Source: an uncultured virus (IMG/VR IMGVR_UViG_3300028920_000031)
Taxonomy: Duplodnaviria > Heunggongvirae > Uroviricota > Caudoviricetes
DNA: 64,000 nucleotides
Reading direction: 5' to 3' (one strand)
Virus record (IMG/VR): IMGVR_UViG_3300028920_000031
Position 1 is the stretch's first letter. Every line of letters begins with the position of its first letter. Shown here one piece after another: positions 10,020-19,737 of this stretch. Under the pieces are notes generated by a model. The model ran no database searches. It was given only the letters and a program-made list of their open reading frames with translations, and had not been told where the DNA came from. Position numbers and translations under genes: made by a program.

Positions 10020-10949
10020 ATGAAGATCACTGGAAACGACCTCCTGGACAAAAACGCCTGCGCCGCAGGCGTCGCCTTCTATCTCCACAACCGCCTGCAG
10101 GATGTCGACTGGGATGTCGTCAAGAAAATCGAACTGACTGCCGGCGCGCCTCGAGAATATGCCGAGTGGCTGTGCAGCAAGTTCGGCTTGACCATGAACA
10201 TCAAAACTGCCGACGGACGCGAGGCAAGCTATGAAAACGGCCACCAGACGCACTCCCGCGACTCGAACGGCCTCGAGACATGGCGGGAATACGACGCCGA
10301 CGGCAAGTTGACTCACTTCCGCAATTCGGACGGCTACGAGGAATGGCGGGAATACGACGCCGACGGCAACCAGACGCATTTCCGCGACTCGGACGGCTCC
10401 GAGACATGGCGGGAATACGACGCCGACGGCCACCAGACGCATTTCCGCGACTCGGACGGCTACGAGTGGTGGCGGGAATACGACGCCGACGGCAAGTTGA
10501 CTCACTTCCGCAATTCGGACGGCTACGAGGAATGGCGGGAATACGACGCCGACGGCAACCAGACGCATTTCCGCGACTCGAACGGCTACGAGGAATGGCG
10601 GGAATACGACGCCGACGGCCATGAGACGCACTCCTGTGCCTCGAACGGCTACGAGACATGGCAGGAATACGATGCCGACGGCAATCAGACGCACTACCGC
10701 AATTCGGACGGCTACGAGGAATGGCGGGAATACGACGCCGACGGCAACCAGACGCACTTCCGCAAATCGAACGACTACGAGGAATGGCGGAGATACGACG
10801 CCGATGGCAATCAGACGCACTACCGCAATTCGGACGGCTACGAACGGTGGCGGGAATACGACGGCGGAATCCTGATCTCGGCAACCGTCAAGGGATACGA
10901 GCCCGAAACCCTGGACGATTCCGTCCTGGAGCAGCTGGGAATAAAATAA
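10020..10949 (+). CDS. Tandem-repeat (YD/MORN-like) protein
   Basis: About 10 copies of 21-aa WREYDADG(N/K/H)QTHFRxSxGYEE. Confidence 0.85.
   Translation: MKITGNDLLDKNACAAGVAFYLHNRLQDVDWDVVKKIELTAGAPREYAEWLCSKFGLTMNIKTADGREASYENGHQTHSRDSNGLETWREYDADGKLTHFRNSDGYEEWREYDADGNQTHFRDSDGSETWREYDADGHQTHFRDSDGYEWWREYDADGKLTHFRNSDGYEEWREYDADGNQTHFRDSNGYEEWREYDADGHETHSCASNGYETWQEYDADGNQTHYRNSDGYEEWREYDADGNQTHFRKSNDYEEWRRYDADGNQTHYRNSDGYERWREYDGGILISATVKGYEPETLDDSVLEQLGIK
10230..10863 (+). repeat. Coding tandem repeat, 63-bp unit x ~10
   Basis: TGGCGGGAATACGAC-like starts every 63 bp from 10281 to 10848. Confidence 0.95.
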
Positions 10950-11025
10950 GCTAGGCGGCACGCCTAGAAATTCGGCGGACGGGCTTGAATTCCGCACGTT
11001 GAGCCAACTCGAAGAGAAAACAAAA

Positions 11026-11217
11026 ATGAGCAAGCAAGTCAAGATAACCGCGGAGGAATTCGAATCCTGGGACGATTTCAACAAGGGCTACGCCGTCTAC
11101 ATGATGGGTGCCCGCAAGGACCAGCCGAATATCCCCGAGAAGTACGATTGCGACTCCGAAGAGTATCATAGGGGGCAGCGGCAGGCAATGATCGACGTCG
11201 TGGACTCGGAGGGCTGA
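11026..11217 (+). CDS. Small hypothetical protein
   Basis: ORF with purine-rich RBS. Confidence 0.55.
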   Translation: MSKQVKITAEEFESWDDFNKGYAVYMMGARKDQPNIPEKYDCDSEEYHRGQRQAMIDVVDSEG

Positions 11218-11219
11218 AC

Positions 11220-11975
11220 ATGAACTGGAAAGACGAACAGCTTCTCGATCCCGACGACTGGCAATCCCGGTACCATGAGATGCCCGAATATTGCAGGCGG
11301 ATCGTCGACGGCGAGACGATCATTCACGGAGGCGAGCGCGTCAGCGCTATCATTGGCAGGAATGAGGGGCTCGGCTGGTTCGTCGTGGGCTGGGACGCCG
11401 TCGACACAGAAAAGAGGGTGATTTGGTCGGAGAAATGGACGGTTATCGATTACAGCCGTGACGAACCGAACAAACCCGAAGACCCCTATAGCTGCGACGA
11501 ATGCGAATTCAAAGATGACTGCCGGAATGCCCACGGCGAGGAATACCCGGCTGTCATCGGCACTCATTTATGCAAAAAATCCTGGGTTTCCGGCACGGTC
11601 TGCTCCCAAATGAAGAACAACGCTAAACATCGCACCTATACGGTCGGGGAGTGGCGGCGCGACGAGCTGAAGGCATACAGGGCCGACATCTTCGTCGCCG
11701 GCGACCTCGACACCTGCACCAGGGTCTGCCGCGAGGAATGCTTCAGGAAAGGCCTCTGCGTCACCGTGGAGCCGTGCAACTACGTCTACACCGGCGGCGC
11801 CGAGAGAGGCGTCAGGGTCGGGCTGATCCAGTATCCGCCGTTTCCGAACTCCGAAGACGACATATTTGAACGGGCCGTGAACCTCGGAAAAAAGCTGGCC
11901 GAGGCGAATTGTCAGTGGTCCTATACCGTATGCGCCACCGACAGACACGTCTTCTGCTCGAGGAGAAGGAGCTGA
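11220..11975 (+). CDS. Hypothetical phage protein
   Basis: 251-aa ORF. Confidence 0.65.
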   Translation: MNWKDEQLLDPDDWQSRYHEMPEYCRRIVDGETIIHGGERVSAIIGRNEGLGWFVVGWDAVDTEKRVIWSEKWTVIDYSRDEPNKPEDPYSCDECEFKDDCRNAHGEEYPAVIGTHLCKKSWVSGTVCSQMKNNAKHRTYTVGEWRRDELKAYRADIFVAGDLDTCTRVCREECFRKGLCVTVEPCNYVYTGGAERGVRVGLIQYPPFPNSEDDIFERAVNLGKKLAEANCQWSYTVCATDRHVFCSRRRS

Positions 11976-11984
11976 CGACCGCAA

Positions 11985-12467
11985 TCAGTTCCCATTCGGA
12001 GAACAGATAGGCGCCGACCTCCAGTCGTCTTCCGCCAATTTCCCGGAATAGAGCTTCCAATTCCAGTCCTTGTCGGGGGCCCAATAGCCGGAAACCGCAG
12101 GCTCCGTCCAGAGAAAACGGCCGTAGTCTGCGGATTTCGACAGGAGATGGGCCCTGTAGGCCGAATGGATCGCAGGATCCCCGAACCAAGAAGGCTCCTC
12201 TCCTTCAAGCTGAAGGCATTCAAATTCTGCGGGGTCGGCGTGCCCCGCATCGTCCCGGCGATGCCCCCAGCACTCCCTCCAGAACTCCAGAAGGCAGGCC
12301 TCGTGGCCCGACCAGAGCCTGGTGACGCAATGGTTGGCCCAGCCTGGCGAAAGCCCTAGAAGGGCCTTGAGCACTTGGCGGCACTCCCAAGTCTGGGACC
12401 GCAGTCGCTTCGGATCGAGAGTCTGGGCGGACTTGGCAAGGTCGGCATATGGAAGAAAAGTTTGCAT
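11985..12467 (-). CDS. Pyrimidine-dimer DNA glycosylase family (MSMEG_6728-like)
   Basis: MQTFLPY..SAQTLD.KRL..Q..E..Q.L..GWANH...W.GHE. Confidence 0.8.
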   Translation of the reverse strand: MQTFLPYADLAKSAQTLDPKRLRSQTWECRQVLKALLGLSPGWANHCVTRLWSGHEACLLEFWRECWGHRRDDAGHADPAEFECLQLEGEEPSWFGDPAIHSAYRAHLLSKSADYGRFLWTEPAVSGYWAPDKDWNWKLYSGKLAEDDWRSAPICSPNGN

Positions 12468-12515
12468 ATCGGACTTTAACATCGAAATTCCCGATGTCAA
12501 GCCGAATCCGCGGTT

Positions 12516-12719
12516 CTAGCCCTCTAGCAACTCGCGCAGGCGCTCCCTAGAACTCTCGGAGAGAAGCTTCCAGCTGTCCGCCAATGCTTCAACGAGATCG
12601 TCGGGAGAAACGGCTTCCAGTTTTGCCACTACATATCTGCCGCCCGTTGTCGCGGCGACGCGCAGGCACGGCAGCCTGATATCCACGTTTCCGTCCGAAT
12701 TCGGCTCGTATCCGTCCAT
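12516..12719 (-). CDS. Small hypothetical protein
   Basis: GGAGG RBS. Confidence 0.5.
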   Translation of the reverse strand: MDGYEPNSDGNVDIRLPCLRVAATTGGRYVVAKLEAVSPDDLVEALADSWKLLSESSRERLRELLEG

Positions 12720-12785
12720 CGCGAACCTCCTGCAGTCTCATACCGGGAAACCTCCCCGAAAACCTCGCGCGTACGCGGGCGAGGG

Positions 12786-12813
12786 CAGGAAAATCCGCCG
12801 GGAACCGGGAATA
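12786..12813 (+). promoter_or_regulatory. Class II promoter-like motif CAGG-N19-GAATA
   Basis: Directly upstream of the MSWLTRYA gene. Confidence 0.5.
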
Positions 12814-12820
12814 CCGGGAC

Positions 12821-13165
12821 ATGAGCTGGCTCACCAGATACGCGACTTCCGACCCCGCCGCCCTCGCCGAGGCCATACGCGGCGCCGGCGGAGAGATCAG
12901 GGGAGGCGACGCAGTCCTCTACCACATGACCGCCCCCGAAACCGCGGAAAAGATCGTCCGCGAGCAGGAGATGGTCGGCGAGGAGGACGGGCTCTTCTTC
13001 TCCACGAAGCCATTCGGGCAGGGCGGCTACGGCGACGCGGCTGTCAGGACGCTCGTCCCCCTGAGACTGCTGGAAATAGACGACGACTTCGGAGACGAGC
13101 TGCATCTCAGGATGTCCGTCCGCCCCGGGGACAGGATCTCCGTCCGGGCCGAAGACGTTGTATAA
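12821..13165 (+). CDS. MSWxxRY-tagged small ART-like protein
   Basis: N-term MSWLTRYA; VLYHMT, GLFFST, YG. Confidence 0.65.
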   Translation: MSWLTRYATSDPAALAEAIRGAGGEIRGGDAVLYHMTAPETAEKIVREQEMVGEEDGLFFSTKPFGQGGYGDAAVRTLVPLRLLEIDDDFGDELHLRMSVRPGDRISVRAEDVV

Positions 13166-13240
13166 TACATCCTGCGGGAAAGATCCACATATTGACGCCC
13201 GCGACGAACACCACCACCAACGAACACAAGAGGCGTCATA

Positions 13241-14113
13241 ATGTCCTACGAAAAGCCGTTGTCCGTATATTCGGACGACCCCGTCTGCTCCGCAACCACC
13301 CTCGGGAACACCGTCGTCGGAATACTCTTCGACAAGACCGGGGCGCAGATCCGCCAGGCCCTCGAGGCCCGCATCGCCGCCGTCCGCGAAGAAGAGGAGA
13401 AATACCGCGGCCTCGCCGAACCCCTCAGAAAGCTCCTGAAAAAGAAGGAAGAGGAGATCGTCGCGGCCGAAGCCCGCGAAAAGGAGAGGGCCCGCCTCAG
13501 GACCGCCGCCCTCGAAGCCGACCGCGACAAGCTTGCCGCGGCCCGCGAGAAGCGCGAAGAGATCCTCAGGGCCGAAGACAAGAGAGTCGACAAGGTCGCG
13601 AAGGCGCTTGACCGCGCCGCTGAAAAGTTCGACGAGGAAACCACCGCCGAGCTCGAGCTGTTCGAGAAGTCCTTCCGCGAAGGATGGGGCGAGATCGAGG
13701 AGGGATGCGAGGCGATCCGCTCGTTCGAGTCCGAAAAACGCTGGGAACAGCCCGAAGAGAAGACTCGCGCCTACTCCAGCTCCATGAGCTCCTGCTCCAA
13801 AGGGGCCAGCTCCGGCCGCGGGGAATCCCGGGAGTCCCTGTCCAGCGCCGACTACAATTCCGGCGTCCGCAGCAGGACCTCGGAAGGCGAAAAGCTCCTC
13901 TCCGTCAGCGGCCGCCTGCGCGAGATCTACAGCCGCCACCTGACCCTCTTCGAGAAGGCCAAAGCCCGCGCTGACGAGCTCCGCAACGAAAGACGCAAGC
14001 TCGAGCTCATCTCCCGCAACGTCGACGACGAGAGGGCCTACAAGCTCGACATGAACAAGCTCTCGGCCTTCGGGTTCGAGGACATCGAGGAAGAGTCAAC
14101 TACCCACGACTGA
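13241..14113 (+). CDS. Coiled-coil hypothetical protein; last codons supplied by the inserted element
   Basis: E/K/R-rich heptads; STTHD* lies inside the IS end. Confidence 0.75.
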   Translation: MSYEKPLSVYSDDPVCSATTLGNTVVGILFDKTGAQIRQALEARIAAVREEEEKYRGLAEPLRKLLKKKEEEIVAAEAREKERARLRTAALEADRDKLAAAREKREEILRAEDKRVDKVAKALDRAAEKFDEETTAELELFEKSFREGWGEIEEGCEAIRSFESEKRWEQPEEKTRAYSSSMSSCSKGASSGRGESRESLSSADYNSGVRSRTSEGEKLLSVSGRLREIYSRHLTLFEKAKARADELRNERRKLELISRNVDDERAYKLDMNKLSAFGFEDIEEESTTHD

Positions 14114-14419
14114 AGCCGTGGGCTTGTGCCTTGAGCGCCCTTCGGGCGCCCCGCACGATGGGCTGGTTGGCGGCAGCCCTCGCCGATGTCCGCTGGACTC
14201 GGCGAATTTCGGCTGCCGTCACGGCCTGAAACCGTTTGGCTCTCTTGGAGAGTGTCTTATGGCTCGGACAACCGAAAATGCCCTGAAGGTTTTACCTTCT
14301 GCCGGATTTTGCAGAAGAACCTCATACCTTGTCAAAGATCAACATCGACTATTATACAACAAAAGGAGGCGGCAATTCCTCCCACGGCTGAAGCCGTGGG
14401 TTTCCTTGCCGAAATTCTC
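14095..14419 (-). mobile_element. Non-autonomous IS200/IS605 element (PATE/MITE-like) with TnpB-type right end, no transposase or nuclease ORF
   Basis: Subterminal hairpins CCCACG(A/G)CTGAAGCCGTGGG at both ends; minus strand ends ...GGGCTGCCGCCAACCAGCCCATCGTG...GTGGGTAGTTGAC; flanked by ATGA. Confidence 0.8.
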
Positions 14420-14608
14420 ATGATGCAGACAACGCTCTCCAAAAACGCTCCCATGGTGCTCGCAGATCCCGAAACTGGAGAAGACCTCGTGGCTGACAGC
14501 CCCGCGGAACACGACGGCAAGGATCTCGTGTTCACCGGCCGCAACCCAAGGACCGGCTCGCGGTGGAGGTTCAGGCTCGGCATCGAGGAAATCGGCGAAG
14601 ACGAATAG
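14420..14608 (+). CDS. Small hypothetical protein
   Basis: MMQTTLSK start at the element junction. Confidence 0.55.
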   Translation: MMQTTLSKNAPMVLADPETGEDLVADSPAEHDGKDLVFTGRNPRTGSRWRFRLGIEEIGEDE

Positions 14609-14616
14609 GCCTGATG

Positions 14617-14645
14617 CAGGGAATCTCCGGAATTCGAGGGAAATA
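14617..14645 (+). promoter_or_regulatory. Class II promoter-like motif CAGG-N19-GAAATA
   Basis: Upstream of the IKTA-leader gene pair. Confidence 0.5.
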
Positions 14646-14681
14646 GTCAGGGAAATCCCAAGAATAACGGAGATTCCCCTC

Positions 14682-15056
14682 ATGCAGATCAAGACAGCCA
14701 ACGGGAAGCAGAAGCTTGCGATCTCCCGCGCCGAATGGGAGTCCATCGGCAAGACCGCCGGATGGTACGACGAAGATGTCGAAAGAATCGAGGGCAGAAT
14801 CGCGAAAGTCAAAAAAGAAGTTGCGGACATCGTTGCCGAAGCCGTCGTCTTCATCGACACGAATGCGGGAGCCAGCTCCGGGCTCAAATGGGACGAGAAG
14901 CTCAGGGCCAACCCCGCAATGGCCGCTGCCGACGCCGCTGGCAAGGAGCTCGAGAAGACACTCGCCGAAGGCTTCGAAAAGGTCATGGAAGAGGTCAGGA
15001 AGACCAACGAGAGGGGCTACATCGGATACGAGGGCCGCTCTCCCGAGATGCAGTAG
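14682..15056 (+). CDS. IKTA-leader family protein
   Basis: MQIKTANGKQKLAISRAEWESIGKTAGW. Confidence 0.75.
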   Translation: MQIKTANGKQKLAISRAEWESIGKTAGWYDEDVERIEGRIAKVKKEVADIVAEAVVFIDTNAGASSGLKWDEKLRANPAMAAADAAGKELEKTLAEGFEKVMEEVRKTNERGYIGYEGRSPEMQ

Positions 15057-15065
15057 GAAACGACC

Positions 15066-15335
15066 ATGCGCATCAAGACGGCGAATGGAGGGCGGACTCT
15101 CTTCCTGACCAAGAAGGAGTGGCTCGCCATCGGCAAGAAGGCGGGGTGGAGCCGAGACGGCAAAAAAGTCAAGGGACTCAGGGAAAACGCGCGATTCTAC
15201 GATCCCCGCACGGACGAGGAAGGCACGCTGGTCACCCGCGCGCATCACGGAACGACCCTCTGGATGATGCTCTACGACTCCGGCGAAATCCAGGAACTGA
15301 CGGTCTCGGACCTGAAGAGGATAGAGAATATCTGA
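15066..15335 (+). CDS. IKTA-leader family protein
   Basis: MRIKTANGGRTLFLTKKEWLAIGKKAGW. Confidence 0.75.
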   Translation: MRIKTANGGRTLFLTKKEWLAIGKKAGWSRDGKKVKGLRENARFYDPRTDEEGTLVTRAHHGTTLWMMLYDSGEIQELTVSDLKRIENI

Positions 15336-15336
15336 C

Positions 15337-15636
15337 TTAGTCCAGCTCGCCCCACGACACCAGCTCCGGCTCCTCCGGAAACGCATCCTCGACCTCTTGG
15401 CGCGTCGGAATCCTCCCGAAGTCCCTGATCAGATGGAGTCTTGCCGCTTCTACGGCGTCTTCGCCGAAAAGCCTCCGCACCTCAGTCAGCGCCTCGACGT
15501 GGTGCCGCCACCGCCTGTGGTTGATGTTCAGCTTGCCGTCCACGCACGCCAGCCCGTCAAGCCAGGCATGAACCTCGTTGAAGTCGCGGCCCAGCTTCTC
15601 CAGGCATTCGGCACAATGTTCGGCCCTAGAAGACAT
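15337..15636 (-). CDS. His-rich putative metal-binding protein (DUF6915-like)
   Basis: EH...VHAWLD...HRRWRHH...LHLIRD. Confidence 0.55.
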   Translation of the reverse strand: MSSRAEHCAECLEKLGRDFNEVHAWLDGLACVDGKLNINHRRWRHHVEALTEVRRLFGEDAVEAARLHLIRDFGRIPTRQEVEDAFPEEPELVSWGELD

Positions 15637-17758
15637 CTTTCCGGCATTCCGCGGCCGTGACGCTCCGCTCCAGCCACGACGACGCCCGCAACCTGTACTT
15701 CTTCGATCTTTCGCCGCTTTCAACAGTGTCGGCGATCCAAAGATACGCCTCCCATACGCGCCTGGCGTCCATCACCTCTCTTCCCGAGGCTCCGGCGGCC
15801 TTCCGTTCCTCGTAGATTTTCCTGGCTTCCGACGCTCGCCTGGCAATCTCGGGAAGGAATTGCCTCGCCGCCGTTCCGATGCCCGCCATGATCGACGACA
15901 TCGTTTTGACGGACGGCACCAGGCTCGCCTTTCCGATCGAGCCGGACAGGGCGACCTCCTCCTCGACAGGCATCCACTCCGATACCAGCCTCGATACCAG
16001 GGCCGCCGTTTCCGGGAGGTCCGAATGGGCGTCGGCTAGAGCTCTGCCGGCGGCCAGTAAATATCTGGACGGCCAGCTCTCGTCCGTCTCCGTAAGCAAT
16101 CCGTCGGAATCGGGCAGTCTCTCGACGGGCCCGTTCTCGTAGAGCGCAATGGCCGCGGCAACTATCTCGGACACCGCCTTAGGAGGCGGCTGGTGATCCT
16201 CGCTCCAGATGTCGAAGGCGTGCGAAGCCGAAAGGAACCTCAGGGCGTCGTGCAGAAAAGACAGCGCTTGGTGCGGAGCGAGTGTCGTCGATATCGACAC
16301 CACATTGGCGGCCGCCGCAGCTGCGTCCTCCGCAAGCTCGGATCTCAACATGTCCTTTTCCCGCCCCTCGGGGAGGTTCGATACGTAGCGGACAGCCGCC
16401 TTCGCGTCGTAGTCGGCCAGATCTTCCATGGATGCGATGTCTGGATACTTGAGAATCAGCTCGGCCAGAGCTCTCCCCCACGAGAATTTCCGCTCTTTCG
16501 CCCTTTCAGAATACTTCCGCACCAGTTCGGCGGCCTGTTCCGCAGAAATGGATTCCGCAGGCATCGCGGCTAGCGCTGTCAGCGCTTCCAGCCTAGCTTG
16601 GTCGTCGTGGAAGTGCACCACTTTTTCGATTTCCGCCGGCGGCTCGACATACTCGTCGAACTCGTCCGTCTCCAGCCACTCGCCGCCATAGTAGTCCCGC
16701 CACGAATCGTCGTAGTACCGGTCCGAAATGTAGTTTTTGGCCTCCTCTTCCGTCGCAAATTCCGCGACGATTCGCTCTTCGTCGCTTTCCCGCGATCCGG
16801 CTTCGTCCGGAATCCTGCTGACGACCCGGTAACGGGTATATTCGCTCTCGTCTATGCCCTCCATTGCCAGCTCGTAGAGCTGTTGCGGGTCAGTCGGCAG
16901 AATGACCTCCGAACTTCCGAAGGTGTCGCTGTATTTCCCGCCTATGCGTCTGTACACTCCAGGCGGAATCGCCCCCTGCCTGTCGTCCAGCCATTTTCGC
17001 ACAGCCTCCGCGAAGCCCTCGACATGCTGTCCGTAGACGCTGTCCTCGGCCATCGCGACATTGTTGCCGGCCATGTCTTGAAAACGCTTGATATGGATCC
17101 TGGCAAGAGGATTTTCTATGTACCGGTCGCCCTCCCGCACTGCATAGGCTACCAAGCTGCCCGCCTCCGCTTCGCGGCGGGCGTCGCCGGCATAGCCGCC
17201 CCCCTCCTGGTCCATGCACGACGTCCAGTCCCTGCCCGTCGACATGTTGAGAATGTCCTCGGGCTCGCGGGACACCACCATGTAGACGCGGTCGCGATGT
17301 TTGGCCTGCCTCGCCGGGGAATTCACGTACCATTTCTGCAGCTTCGACAGCCACGCCTCGGACTCCCTCAGCTCTGCCTCCAGACCGTCTCTGACGAGTT
17401 CAGCGCGGGCTTCGTCCTCCTCGGAAATCTCGGCAATCCGTTTCTCCGTCTCAGATCTCAGACGCGCCGCCTCGTCCGCCACCGACCTGGCAAGAGCCTT
17501 CCCTATACGGATCTTCCTGCCCCCCGGAGACGCGGCCAGCCCGGCAACGTAGTCCTTGGCATCCAGAGAATATCCGTGCTCGCGAAGCGTCCAGATCACG
17601 TCTTCGTCTTCGCGCGAAAGCGAAGGCTCCCCGTCCGCGCCGCTGATCTCGACATAGTCCCTTGTCTTCCCCGGAGGGAAATAGGATGCGAACGGGGCTT
17701 CCGCGCTTCCGAAGAAGCGCAGCTTGGGACGCGCGGCATATCTCCTAAGCCAGCTCAT
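15626..17758 (-). CDS. MSWxxRY-tagged large phage protein
   Basis: MSWLRRYA; internal SREPEDILNMSTGRDWTSCM...LVAY...ARI motif. Confidence 0.8.
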   Translation of the reverse strand: MSWLRRYAARPKLRFFGSAEAPFASYFPPGKTRDYVEISGADGEPSLSREDEDVIWTLREHGYSLDAKDYVAGLAASPGGRKIRIGKALARSVADEAARLRSETEKRIAEISEEDEARAELVRDGLEAELRESEAWLSKLQKWYVNSPARQAKHRDRVYMVVSREPEDILNMSTGRDWTSCMDQEGGGYAGDARREAEAGSLVAYAVREGDRYIENPLARIHIKRFQDMAGNNVAMAEDSVYGQHVEGFAEAVRKWLDDRQGAIPPGVYRRIGGKYSDTFGSSEVILPTDPQQLYELAMEGIDESEYTRYRVVSRIPDEAGSRESDEERIVAEFATEEEAKNYISDRYYDDSWRDYYGGEWLETDEFDEYVEPPAEIEKVVHFHDDQARLEALTALAAMPAESISAEQAAELVRKYSERAKERKFSWGRALAELILKYPDIASMEDLADYDAKAAVRYVSNLPEGREKDMLRSELAEDAAAAAANVVSISTTLAPHQALSFLHDALRFLSASHAFDIWSEDHQPPPKAVSEIVAAAIALYENGPVERLPDSDGLLTETDESWPSRYLLAAGRALADAHSDLPETAALVSRLVSEWMPVEEEVALSGSIGKASLVPSVKTMSSIMAGIGTAARQFLPEIARRASEARKIYEERKAAGASGREVMDARRVWEAYLWIADTVESGERSKKYRLRASSWLERSVTAAECRKDVF

Positions 17759-17765
17759 TTCAGTG

Positions 17766-18029
17766 TCATTCGCCGTCCTCCGGCGACTCTCCTTCCTGCG
17801 GAGGCATGCAGGCCAGGACCAGGAGGTCGCCGACCCTGAATGTCTTCGTGAGAAGCGGCTCGTTGCGCTCGATGAGCAGCGGGGTTGCCAGGTCGTTGAT
17901 TAGATAGAGGTCGCCCTTGTAGACGTACGGCCAGAAGCCCGAGGCCTTCAAGCCCGGATTCTGTTCCAGCACGGACCGGCATGCCGCCAAGATCTTGTCG
18001 TTCTGTTCCATCAGCTGTTCGATCTGCAT
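17766..18029 (-). CDS. Hypothetical protein
   Basis: AGGAG RBS. Confidence 0.6.
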   Translation of the reverse strand: MQIEQLMEQNDKILAACRSVLEQNPGLKASGFWPYVYKGDLYLINDLATPLLIERNEPLLTKTFRVGDLLVLACMPPQEGESPEDGE

Positions 18030-18081
18030 TTTCTTCTCCTTGCATTCAGAAGCGCGACAATCGCTTCAGCCGCATGTCGAG

Positions 18082-18453
18082 TCATCCGCGTTGTTTGATT
18101 TTCGAAGTCGTCATGATGTCGCAGACGTGCTCCACGACCTTCTTGAACCTGGCGCGCATCGCTTCGCCGGGATCGGCGCCGCCCTGAGACAGGAGCGCGG
18201 CTTCAACCTCCGTGAACATGTTGCCGTCGTCCTCCATCGGACCCCAAAGATACGCGAAGCTGATGTAATGCTGGCCCCGAGGGCCGCCCAGCAATTCGGT
18301 AGCCTGCATCTCCATCCAGTTCAGCAGCTTCTCCGGATCGGCCGCGCCCGTCACAACTGCGCCGAAAGGAGTGTCGGGATCAAAGGCGTCGATCGTCTCG
18401 TAGGTGTGAGTGTCGATCTCCGAAGCTGAGGAATAGCACCTGAACCAAGTCAT
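18082..18453 (-). CDS. Tagged (MTWFRCYS) hypothetical protein
   Basis: Variant of the N-terminal tag. Confidence 0.65.
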   Translation of the reverse strand: MTWFRCYSSASEIDTHTYETIDAFDPDTPFGAVVTGAADPEKLLNWMEMQATELLGGPRGQHYISFAYLWGPMEDDGNMFTEVEAALLSQGGADPGEAMRARFKKVVEHVCDIMTTSKIKQRG

Positions 18454-18454
18454 G

Positions 18455-19168
18455 TCAATACCTCATGTCCGGATTCGACGAGTCGAATCTCTGCTCCAGC
18501 GGAATCGGATTCCCGGCATCGTCATAGGTAGCGGGCGCCGCAGACTTGATCTGCCAAGGCTCGAAAACCAGGATTTCCTCGGCCCAGGACTCGATCGGGC
18601 CCGAGGTATCGGCATCCTCCGATGTCACCACCACCGCATCCTGCCCCCGGCTCCCCGCCAACTCCGAAAGATAGGGGTCCGTAATCCCGACGTAGCGGTA
18701 GACCAGCGGATTCCGGATCATCAGGTACACCGGATATACCTCGCCCTTCAGCGTCTCGTCGAGCTCCTCGCGATTCTGCCGCCAGCGTTTCTCGATCTCC
18801 CTTAACTCCTGTTCCTGCTCGTCCGTGATCTTGCCGCGGCGGTGGTCGATGCTGACGTACATGATGCTAGTGCCGAACTCCTCGGCCTTCCGCTCCCATT
18901 CCTGCCAGAGCCTCTCGTCCTCCTCGTCGAGCTCCTTTACCGCCTGCACGCGATAGTTCTCGGCAATCCCCCGTGAGGGCGTGAAGTAGACGCCCGACTT
19001 CCCCCAGTCGCTCGTCCGTATCGTTCCCAGCAGCGACGGATCGAAGAACGTCAGGCCCTCTGCCGCGCTCCCGTGGTAGACCGGGCCGACATTGTAGCCC
19101 GCGGCCTTTGCCGCGGCCTTCACCTCCGCAGGGGTCGGGCCCTTCGCATACCTCTCCATCCAGCTCAT
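18455..19168 (-). CDS. Tagged ART-PolyVal-like ADP-ribosyltransferase
   Basis: MSWMERYA; PVYHGS, GVYFT..AENY, VYPVYLMIRNPL, EILVFEPWQIKS, DDAGNPIPLEQRF..DMRY tail. Confidence 0.8.
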   Translation of the reverse strand: MSWMERYAKGPTPAEVKAAAKAAGYNVGPVYHGSAAEGLTFFDPSLLGTIRTSDWGKSGVYFTPSRGIAENYRVQAVKELDEEDERLWQEWERKAEEFGTSIMYVSIDHRRGKITDEQEQELREIEKRWRQNREELDETLKGEVYPVYLMIRNPLVYRYVGITDPYLSELAGSRGQDAVVVTSEDADTSGPIESWAEEILVFEPWQIKSAAPATYDDAGNPIPLEQRFDSSNPDMRY

Positions 19169-19737
19169 GCGCGCCTCCCGGCTCCAGGGGCGGCTCCCAC
19201 GACCTCGATCTCGGGAAGTGGCTCTTCCCCCGACCACTCCGGCACCGACTCGACAGTTCCGCCGGGAAAGAGGAGTTTCTGCCTCACCAGTTGCCTCTTG
19301 AGGCACTCCAGGTCGCCTTCGAGAAGACAGTGTATCGAGCCGTCCGACGCATATTCCGCCGGGGAAAGAAACGCCCTCACTCTGCGACGGGAAGCCCAGT
19401 CCAGCAGCGAGCCGGCCAGAAGCTTTCTGAAACCCTCGGGGAACGCCGCCTCGACAGCGAGGACGACTTCGGAAATTGGCTCTCCGCGGTCAAACGCCCT
19501 CTTGGCCGACGCCAAGGCGAAGGTCCCTCCCGCGGTCTCCTCCTCGAAGGACGAAAGGCGGTTCAGCGCCTCCGAAAGCCAGCGGACGAAACCCCTGTCC
19601 CCGACCAGGCGGTGGACGGCGTGCGAGATCTCGACGGTCTCGTAGGAACCGGGGTCCGCGGCCATGCTCCACAGAAGGTCCCGCGCCGGAGGCTCGAACC
19701 TCAGGGGATCCGCGGCATATCTCGTCATCCAGTTCAT
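19165..19737 (-). CDS. Tagged (MNWMTRYA) hypothetical protein
   Basis: ATGA-coupled in the operon. Confidence 0.7.
   Translation of the reverse strand: MNWMTRYAADPLRFEPPARDLLWSMAADPGSYETVEISHAVHRLVGDRGFVRWLSEALNRLSSFEEETAGGTFALASAKRAFDRGEPISEVVLAVEAAFPEGFRKLLAGSLLDWASRRRVRAFLSPAEYASDGSIHCLLEGDLECLKRQLVRQKLLFPGGTVESVPEWSGEEPLPEIEVVGAAPGAGRRA

Noticed and set aside
10230..10863. CRISPR array
   Set aside because: Contiguous in-frame 63-bp coding repeats with no unique spacers; no cas genes
10020..10949. Diversity-generating retroelement
   Set aside because: No reverse transcriptase and no adenine-specific TR/VR pair seen
14118..14423. ORFs 14118-14423 and the 5' part of 14186-14608 as proteins
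   Set aside because: They translate the IS end hairpins; no RuvC, HNH or HUH motifs
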